From Alphaproteobacteria bacterium (GTDB lineage: Bacteria; Pseudomonadota; Alphaproteobacteria; Elsterales; Elsteraceae): 64,000 nt of DNA. The stretch covers positions 533 to 64,532 of the forward strand of contig JAYSQZ010000036.1 in the NCBI GenBank assembly GCA_043721315.1, in the 5' to 3' direction. The notes beneath the pieces were generated by a model, which was not told where the DNA came from, did not search any database, and was given only the letters and a program-made list of their open reading frames with translations. The stretch's first letter is position 1. Each line of letters opens with the position of its first letter. The translations under genes were made by a program, and so were the position numbers. Positions 50,556-59,194 of the stretch are shown here, in pieces.

Positions 50556-51017
50556 TCAGCGACAAACTGTTAGCATCGTTTTAGGCTTTTCAATCCACTT
50601 AGAGAAGCAACTATATTCATACTCTGTTTCTTTAGTGTAATGGGGCCAAAAATTTTGAGTATAAGCACCACCTTTATCAGCGGCTTCAGTAAACTCTTTT
50701 TCCATAAAACGACCTCGCAAGTCCTGGAGTTGTTTTAATTCCATTCCACCAATTTCTGGATACTTGTTGTGAACGGCAATCTTACCATCTGTGTAAAAAA
50801 CGACACCCATCGGGCTTGAGCCTAATGCCGATGTTTTATCTTTAATCGCTTCTACGGCAGCAGCAGAGCCTTTTTCTTTAACAAGATTTGTCAATTCCGT
50901 AACAACTTTCTGAAGTTGCACGTCGTCGCCAAAATCTGTTCCCGCGAGAACAGCGTGTGGGGCGAAAGCGAGAACTGCGATTGAAACAGTTCGCACAAAG
51001 GCATTCAAACGGAACAT
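50556..51017 (-). CDS. Secreted stand-alone single Cache (sCache_2-like) protein
   Basis: Signal peptide ending VLA; DGKIAVHNKYP, QDLRGRFMEKEF, GGAYTQNFWP; GGAG RBS; start trimmed to 51017. Confidence 0.72.
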   Translation of the reverse strand: MFRLNAFVRTVSIAVLAFAPHAVLAGTDFGDDVQLQKVVTELTNLVKEKGSAAAVEAIKDKTSALGSSPMGVVFYTDGKIAVHNKYPEIGGMELKQLQDLRGRFMEKEFTEAADKGGAYTQNFWPHYTKETEYEYSCFSKWIEKPKTMLTVCR

Positions 51018-51307
51018 ATACCGTCTCCATAACGAGAATATCGACTCTCGTACATTATCATCTCGCTTCCCGATGAAAATAGCATATTTCAATAAATCTA
51101 AAAAATTAGACCTCTCATTCCGCCCCACAATACCATTATATGAATCTTAAATGTATTTAAGACGATAAAAAATCGTTAGGGGAGGCTTTGAGAAAAAGCC
51201 GAACTATCTTTGCCGTTGGGCCATCCCGACTGTGTTTGGCGAAAAATAGCAACACAGTCGGGTCGTCACGGGTTTACGGCCAGGGCTTCTTTGGTGAAGG
51301 ACTAATT

Positions 51308-53128
51308 TTAGGTCCCTGGAAAATAACTGTAGGCGGCGGGATTAATGGAAAGGGGCGTTAATCCGTTCGCATCTGGGTTCAGTGTCCCCCCTGCTGAAAT
51401 GATAACGCCTGCTACCGCGTTCAGCGCGGTCTGAAGTCCACCTTCGATCCACCCCGACGTCCAGGCTAAGCAATCACCCGCCAAGTAAACGCCCGTATCT
51501 CGATTAGGGGCAAGACATTTCTGATAGTCGTAGAACATAGTCTGAACGTAGGGATCTTGGCCAGGTTGGCTTAACTTGAAGGCACCGCTAAAATAGGGGG
51601 CGGATTGCCAATCGGCATAAAGAATGTTTCCTGGCCCAATCGGCTCCAGATTACTCGCGAAAGCCGCGTAATCCGGTCCCATCTCTGCGAGAAGAATCAG
51701 AAGCCCTTGATACAGGGCGACGGGATCAACCGCACCGCCAGCTTGAGAAATTCCGAGGGCTTGCTGTTTGACGGCATTATCTTCCCAAGTATAGGTAATA
51801 AAGCAAACGCCCGTGTTCTGTTCGCCATAATCCAGAGTGTAGATTTGCTGAATGGCCGTATCGGACAACATAACCCGAGTGGCATTCGGATTGTTTGCCC
51901 AGTATTTTTCGATGCGAGCGGCGACTTTGATGGACGAAACGACATGTGTCCGCTTTACGGCTTCAGCAGTGTCGGCTGAAAGTTGTGGTTTATAAAAGGG
52001 TGAGTGCGTTCCTGCTGAACTTGAAAACTGCGTAATATTCGTCTTCATCTCCATGGATCGCGTCGTCGTGGCGACGACGAGGCGTTGATACGGCCCAAAA
52101 CTACCCGTCGGCCCGGTTAAGAAGAAGCCGATTGAAACATGTTGGGTCAAATCATACTCAGAGACGAGATTGATCGGTGTGTTGAGCTTGAGCGTAAAGT
52201 TATTCGGATATTGTGCGCTACATTGCTGCACAAGAGTGGCAGGGAGCGAGCGAATACCAACTTGAAGGAAATTCTGCGACGTTTCCAACTCATTGACAAC
52301 AAGCCGCATGATTTCTGTAAAGCCAACCGGATACAGCGGGCCAAACCCACCAGACCCAATCCCCAAAGCTCCAAACTTGTCGAAATCGGAGAAGGTCCAG
52401 GCGGTGTTTCCGGGAATTTTATTGCCATCGGTGCCGGTGAAAATATCAAACAAAGCACCGTAAAAACTGTTCTGACCGAATAGGTCGATATACTGCTGCC
52501 AAGCTGCGGTTGCGGCGGCGGTATTTCCCTGCTTTAGTAAAGCGGTAATGGCAACGGCACTTTCTAAGACTGTATTTCCATTGTTATCTTTTAGCCCCTC
52601 AGCGCAGAAAGCCCCCCACCCGATGAAGACCGTCCCGAATCCGGGCGGATACGCGGCTTGGGAACTCAGCCACTCATTGCTCGTCCCTTTGTAAGAAACG
52701 AGCGTTTGAACAACCCCCGGATCGGGAAATGGCGGTAGCGAGGCGATGCCCCCCGGTGCGATTCCCAAAGTTTCCAGGTACCAGTTCATAATGAACTCGG
52801 AGGGGGGAAAGCGCATTGCCCCGAGTTCGGCCAGATCGCTCGTTGCCCCTGGAAACAAAACAGAATCGGCGCGGCCCCCCACTTGATCCAAAGCATCGAA
52901 CAAGTCAACCGTGGCTCCAGCGCGCAAGAGTTCATAGCTCGCACACGCCCCAGAAACACCCGCACCAATAACGGCGATACGTGTCCCCGCAGGAATACTG
53001 CCGAGAGGACGATTGTAAATACTATTGAAAGACAGCCATTGGTCGTATGAAAAATTAGGCGTATCAATATACGGATGGCTAGTGATGGCATCGGCGGCTG
53101 TTGAGCGTATATTCGGGATATGAGCCAT
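51308..53128 (-). CDS. iaaM: Tryptophan 2-monooxygenase (IaaM)-like flavin amino acid monooxygenase
   Basis: IAVIGAGVSG, VGGR, AELGAMRFPP, GIGSGGFGP, TYTWED, GAFKL, DTGVYLAG, GWIEGGLQTALN. Confidence 0.8.
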   Translation of the reverse strand: MAHIPNIRSTAADAITSHPYIDTPNFSYDQWLSFNSIYNRPLGSIPAGTRIAVIGAGVSGACASYELLRAGATVDLFDALDQVGGRADSVLFPGATSDLAELGAMRFPPSEFIMNWYLETLGIAPGGIASLPPFPDPGVVQTLVSYKGTSNEWLSSQAAYPPGFGTVFIGWGAFCAEGLKDNNGNTVLESAVAITALLKQGNTAAATAAWQQYIDLFGQNSFYGALFDIFTGTDGNKIPGNTAWTFSDFDKFGALGIGSGGFGPLYPVGFTEIMRLVVNELETSQNFLQVGIRSLPATLVQQCSAQYPNNFTLKLNTPINLVSEYDLTQHVSIGFFLTGPTGSFGPYQRLVVATTTRSMEMKTNITQFSSSAGTHSPFYKPQLSADTAEAVKRTHVVSSIKVAARIEKYWANNPNATRVMLSDTAIQQIYTLDYGEQNTGVCFITYTWEDNAVKQQALGISQAGGAVDPVALYQGLLILLAEMGPDYAAFASNLEPIGPGNILYADWQSAPYFSGAFKLSQPGQDPYVQTMFYDYQKCLAPNRDTGVYLAGDCLAWTSGWIEGGLQTALNAVAGVIISAGGTLNPDANGLTPLSINPAAYSYFPGT

Positions 53129-53408
53129 TTATAGAACCTCCTGAGGTGTTTCACAAAGAGCATCGTCACGTCTAGCGCGCTATTATCTCGCTTTTAAGCT
53201 TACTTAAGAGCGGATTAGATGTTTTAGATTCAATAAAAATGCAAGGAACGATACTATGATCGCCCCTGACATTGAATTTTAACATTCTCTAGCTTGTGAC
53301 GGATGCAAGGATAAAATTTTTTCCCTATAAAAGATAGTCAGAAGGGCAAATTCTGTTTTGACGATATTTCCTTGGTAGTTTCAGCTTTAGCGGCGCATCC
53401 CTACCCTG

Positions 53409-54899
53409 TTATTGCCCTTGCGCGGCGGTGTAGCCTGGCGTGCCGTTGAAGCGGTAGAGCATCTCCATTTTAATTGCGGGCAAACCGGCTTGCGCCAGAG
53501 CCTGCATCAAGCCTGGCACGAGGGCGGGGGAAAGGCTCGCGTTGGGGGTCAGCATGAACCGGCAGCGCCAATGGTCGGTGCAGAAGGTCTCGTCCCGTCC
53601 GTTCGGCCAGACTTTGACCCCCCGGTTGGTGATGACCGCCAGGGCAAGGCCCGGCGTGGCCTGAGCGGCGCTTTGCACTGCTTTGGCGAGATCAGCCGGC
53701 GTGCCATCCGACCAATGCACGAAAAGATCGACGCCATCCATACGCTTGTCTGCCTTCGGCAACCGCGCAGGCGGCGGCGGTACGGCGGGCAGCGGTTGGC
53801 TTAAGCGCAGATCGAACTGTTGCGGCTGTTGACCGAGGCGGGCGATAACGGCCTGGGCAAACCCCTGCGTGCCAACGCAAATCTCCGAGCGATCAGCCGC
53901 AAAAATGTCGGGCGTGTGAACCCCGTCCTCCAGAGTCCGCAACCAAGCGGCTTCGATACGGGCGGCGATGTGCGTTTGCCCGTTTTGGGCCAGCATCATA
54001 ATGGCAGCGCAGAGCAGGCCGGAGGGATTGGCCTTATCTTGCCCGGCAATATCGGGGGCCGAGCCGTGAATGGCTTCGAACAAGGCACCGTGACTGCCGA
54101 TATTCGCCGACCCCGCCAACCCGACGGACCCCGCGATTTCCGCCGCAACGTCCGACAGAATATCGCCGTAGAGGTTCGGCAGAATAATCAGCTTAAACCG
54201 TCCCGGCTGATCGGCCAGTCGCGCCGCGCCAATATCGACGATGAGATGTTCGGTCTTGATTGCCGGATAGAGCGCCGAAATCTCGTCGAAGACCCGGTGA
54301 AACAACCCATCGGTTAGTTTCATAATGTTATCTTTGGTGAAGCAAGAAACCTTATTGATTCCCGCCGCCGCCGCCACATCGAACCCATACCGCACGATCC
54401 GTTCCGTGCCGGGGCGGCTGATGAGCTTTAGGCACTGCACTACCTCGTCGGTATGTTGATGCTCGATCCCGGCGTATAAATCCTCCTCATTCTCGCGAAT
54501 GATGATTACGTCCAAATCGGGGTGCCGGGTAGGCACGACGGGGTGCAGCGCCCGGCAGGGGCGGATGTTGGCGAACAGACCAAGGGTTTTCCGCAAGGTA
54601 ACATTAACGCTTTTATAACCGCCGCCTTGGGGCGTGGTGATCGGGCCTTTCAGGAGCAGTTTTGTCCGGGCAAGGCTCGCCCAAGCTTCGGCGCCAATGC
54701 CCGTCGGCTCCCCCGAAAGATACGCGCTCTCGCCAATCGTCACCACTTCCGGCGCGAGTTGCGCCCCCGCTGCGGCCAGAATAGCCAGGGTCGCCTGCAT
54801 AATCTCAGGGCCGATACCATCGCCCGGCGCAATCGTTATGGGCAGCGGCAAGGTTCCGGTCGGGGGCAAGGCGGCGGTGGAAAGCGGGTGTCCGTCCAT
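53409..54899 (-). CDS. icd: Isocitrate dehydrogenase (Rickettsia/Thermus-type with C-terminal domain)
   Basis: GDGIGPEI, KSVNVTLRK, RENEEDLYAGIE, KDNIMK, NLYGDILSD, HGSAPDIAG. Confidence 0.9.
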   Translation of the reverse strand: MDGHPLSTAALPPTGTLPLPITIAPGDGIGPEIMQATLAILAAAGAQLAPEVVTIGESAYLSGEPTGIGAEAWASLARTKLLLKGPITTPQGGGYKSVNVTLRKTLGLFANIRPCRALHPVVPTRHPDLDVIIIRENEEDLYAGIEHQHTDEVVQCLKLISRPGTERIVRYGFDVAAAAGINKVSCFTKDNIMKLTDGLFHRVFDEISALYPAIKTEHLIVDIGAARLADQPGRFKLIILPNLYGDILSDVAAEIAGSVGLAGSANIGSHGALFEAIHGSAPDIAGQDKANPSGLLCAAIMMLAQNGQTHIAARIEAAWLRTLEDGVHTPDIFAADRSEICVGTQGFAQAVIARLGQQPQQFDLRLSQPLPAVPPPPARLPKADKRMDGVDLFVHWSDGTPADLAKAVQSAAQATPGLALAVITNRGVKVWPNGRDETFCTDHWRCRFMLTPNASLSPALVPGLMQALAQAGLPAIKMEMLYRFNGTPGYTAAQGQ

Positions 54900-54986
54900 T
54901 TTGAAATCTCCTAGGGGTGAGCGCTCGTTAGATCCATCCTGCCGAGGTTGCGATATTTAATGAAATTGATAGCGTTGAATGTTATC

Positions 54987-55001
54987 ATCAAAAATAATGA
55001 T
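54987..55001. promoter_or_regulatory. LysR-type recognition site ATC-N9-GAT
   Basis: ATC-AAAAATAAT-GAT overlapping the LysR start in the divergent icd/lysR region. Confidence 0.5.
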
Positions 55002-55863
55002 GACGTCGTATCCTCTCGATCCCGACCTGCTCGTGGCCTTTCGCGCCGTGGTAGAAACCGGCAATTTCACCCGCGCGGCGGAACGGCTGCGGCGCAATCA
55101 ATCTACGTTGTCGATGCAGATTAAACGCTTGGAAACCGCCGTTGGCGATCGGCTGTTGGAGCGCGGAGCCGGAACGGCCCTTAGGCTGACGGCGCGGGGG
55201 GAGATTGTGCTCACCTACGCGCGGCGGCTGCTGGCGCTGCAAGAAGAGGCTTTCGCGGCGCTCCGGGATGGTGATTTGCAAGGCACCGTGCGGCTGGGAA
55301 CCCCGGAAGATTTTGCCACGGCGCATCTGCCGCAAGTGCTGGCCGATTTCGCCCGCTCGCACCCCCAGGTCGCGCTGGAAATCACCTGCGATCTCACTTT
55401 GAACCTGCTGGACCGCCTTGGGCGCGGCGAGTTCGATTTAGCGTTGATCAAGCGCGAACCGGCGGGGGACGCGGGCGGCGTGCCGGTTTGGCGCGAGCCG
55501 CTCGTGTGGGTCACGGGCGATGCCGATTTGCCGCGCCGGGCTGGGCCGCTGCCATTGGCGCTGTCCCCCCACCCTTGCGTTTATCGACGGCGCGCGCTGG
55601 CGGCCTTGGGCGCGTCGGGCAGGGCTTGGCGGCTGGCCTATACGTGCGAATCCCTCGCGGGAACCCTGGCTGCTGTGCGGGCGGGGCTTGGAATCACTGT
55701 TTTGCCGCGCGATATAGTGCCGAGGGGGCTGATCCACCTCGATAGTATGGCCGATCTCCCCCGCCTGGCCGAAACGGAAATTGCGCTCATTACGGCACCC
55801 GATCCGTCACGCCCGGCGCTGCGACTGCGGGACCATATGATTGCGGCACTGGAGCGGGCGTAA
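54997..55863 (+). CDS. LysR family transcriptional regulator, divergent from icd
   Basis: LVAFRAVVETGNFTRAAERL..QSTLSMQIKRLE HTH; VRLGTPEDFA substrate-binding domain. Confidence 0.95.
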   Translation: MMTSYPLDPDLLVAFRAVVETGNFTRAAERLRRNQSTLSMQIKRLETAVGDRLLERGAGTALRLTARGEIVLTYARRLLALQEEAFAALRDGDLQGTVRLGTPEDFATAHLPQVLADFARSHPQVALEITCDLTLNLLDRLGRGEFDLALIKREPAGDAGGVPVWREPLVWVTGDADLPRRAGPLPLALSPHPCVYRRRALAALGASGRAWRLAYTCESLAGTLAAVRAGLGITVLPRDIVPRGLIHLDSMADLPRLAETEIALITAPDPSRPALRLRDHMIAALERA

Positions 55864-55897
55864 ACCCACAAACTTGCAGCGGTGAACGATCAACCCC

Positions 55898-55926
55898 CTT
55901 GAAACACCGCAAGGATGGCCTTATCT
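55898..55926 (+). promoter_or_regulatory. RpoH (sigma32) promoter of groESL
   Basis: CTTGAA...CTTATCT, matching CTTG-N18-CYTATNT. Confidence 0.75.
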
Positions 55927-55929
55927 CTC

Positions 55930-55956
55930 GTGGCACTCGCTGGGGGTGAGTGCTAA
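55930..55956. promoter_or_regulatory. CIRCE element (HrcA operator)
   Basis: GTGGCACTC-N9-GAGTGCTAA. Confidence 0.92.
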
Positions 55957-56005
55957 CAAAGGCTCCCTCTGGCCCTATCATCCGTCCCTTGAAGGAGGAG
56001 ATCGC

Positions 56006-56296
56006 ATGTCTTTTCGTCCGTTGCATGATCGAGTTTTGGTGCGTCGCATCGAGCAGGAAGCAAAAACCGCTGGTGGAATTATCATCCCCGATACCGCGAA
56101 AGAAAAGCCGCAACAGGGTGAAGTCGTCGCCGTTGGTCCGGGCGCACGCAACGAAAAAGGCGAAGTTGTTGCCTTGGACGTTAAGGTCGGCGACCGTATC
56201 CTGTTTGGAAAATGGTCGGGATCGGAAGTAAAGCTCGGCGCTGAAGAGCTGCTGATCATGAAAGAATCCGATATTCTTGGCGTTCTAGCTGCTTAA
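56006..56296 (+). CDS. groES: Co-chaperonin GroES
   Basis: [22 protein letters not shown]; strong RBS. Confidence 0.99.
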   Translation: MSFRPLHDRVLVRRIEQEAKTAGGIIIPDTAKEKPQQGEVVAVGPGARNEKGEVVALDVKVGDRILFGKWSGSEVKLGAEELLIMKESDILGVLAA

Positions 56297-56324
56297 AGCG
56301 CTTAAACGCTTCCCCGATTTCTAG

Positions 56325-57980
<1,656 letters not shown>

Positions 57981-58002
57981 CCTCCCCATCGTCTTAAGTC
58001 TG

Positions 58003-58040
58003 AAGCCCCCGCCGGATCCGTCCGGCGGGGGTTTTCTTTT
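58003..58040 (+). terminator. Rho-independent terminator after groEL
   Basis: CCCCCGCCGGA-TCCG-TCCGGCGGGGG followed by TTTTCTTTT. Confidence 0.9.
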
Positions 58041-58048
58041 AGGCATTG

Positions 58049-58237
58049 CTAAAGATCGTCCAGGTCCACCAAGTCGAGCGAGACGACTGAAAGATTCAGC
58101 ACGACTTTACCGCATTCCTCGAAATTAACCGTTACGCGATCGCCCACGACCGACTGAACTTGGCCTAGACCCCAGTCCGGGCAGGCGGGGTGGCGCACGG
58201 TGCAGCCCGGCGTCAGGAGGGCTAAAATTGCACTCAT
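58049..58237 (-). CDS. DUF3553 domain-containing protein
   Basis: VRHP..PDWGLGQVQSV.G.RVTVNFE..GK. Confidence 0.85.
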   Translation of the reverse strand: MSAILALLTPGCTVRHPACPDWGLGQVQSVVGDRVTVNFEECGKVVLNLSVVSLDLVDLDDL

Positions 58238-58362
58238 AACATTTCTCACTATAAAAGACGGCACATGTTAAGGGAATCTTCAAACCTAAAGTGGCCTTAT
58301 GCAAGCTAAAGCTCTGATCTGAAATCTGGCCTAACCTCGCCAGAGAAAGAAGTGCATCAAGC

Positions 58363-59046
58363 ATGGATACCTTTCACACCTCGCTTCCGTCGGTTACGGT
58401 CGATCTATCGTTTCTCCATTTGGTTGTCAGCCAACTCTGTCACGATCTCGTCAGCCCGATTGGCGCGGTCAACAATGGGGTCGAGTTGATTGAGGAGTTG
58501 GGATCGACACCCGATAGCGAAGCCTTCGATTTGATCGCGCAAAGCGGGCAGGCGGCGGCGGCCAAGCTGCAATGCTTTCGGTTGGCCTGGGGCCGGGGTG
58601 GGGCAAGCAGTGATACCCGCCTAGCCGATGTGCGCCAAGTTCTCATAGACTATTTCGCAGGCGAAACCCGTATTGGTTTGCACTGGCCTGCCGATGCCGC
58701 CACCGAGGCTGTTGATTACGCGCCGGGCGCTCTGCAACTGCTGCTGAATAGCGTGTTGGCGGTCGCGACCACGCTAACGCGCGGCGGGCAGATCACCGTG
58801 CGCGTGCAGATTGCCGATACGGGTGCGCCGTTCGAGATTGATGCGGAGGGCCAGAATCTGCGTGTGCCCGATGTTTTGCCGGAGCTTTTGGCCGGGCGTG
58901 CGCGTGCGCCATTGGATCATCGCACTGTGGCGGCAGGCTTCGCCTCGGTGCTGGGGCAGGCTTTGGGTGTGCCTTTGAGCATCTCGCAGCTTTCGCCCGA
59001 ACTCATCAGGATTGCCGGGAAATTACCCATTCTGTCATTTCCCTGA
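58363..59046 (+). CDS. chpT: Histidine phosphotransferase ChpT
   Basis: SQLCHDLVSPIGAVNNGVELI, KLQCFRLAWG; degenerate CA domain. Confidence 0.9.
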   Translation: MDTFHTSLPSVTVDLSFLHLVVSQLCHDLVSPIGAVNNGVELIEELGSTPDSEAFDLIAQSGQAAAAKLQCFRLAWGRGGASSDTRLADVRQVLIDYFAGETRIGLHWPADAATEAVDYAPGALQLLLNSVLAVATTLTRGGQITVRVQIADTGAPFEIDAEGQNLRVPDVLPELLAGRARAPLDHRTVAAGFASVLGQALGVPLSISQLSPELIRIAGKLPILSFP

Positions 59047-59194
59047 TAGATTTGATTGGCATGATCGTTAGAGTCGTGCAACTGCTTGCTTGCCCTTTCG
59101 GCTGCGGTGGTTCAAGAAACAGAGGCAGTTGGGGAAAAGGCCGACACCCAACACCAGGATGTCTTAAACAGGGACGTGGACCAGGGGATTCCGA

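Noticed and set aside
51181-51300. c-di-GMP-I riboswitch (GGCAAA on the minus strand)
   Set aside because: The remaining GEMM features (GNRA-capped P2, receptor, downstream GCAAAG/CTAAG) are absent.
55898-55956. Dual RpoH plus CIRCE control of groESL
   Set aside because: Well described in alphaproteobacteria; listed as features only.
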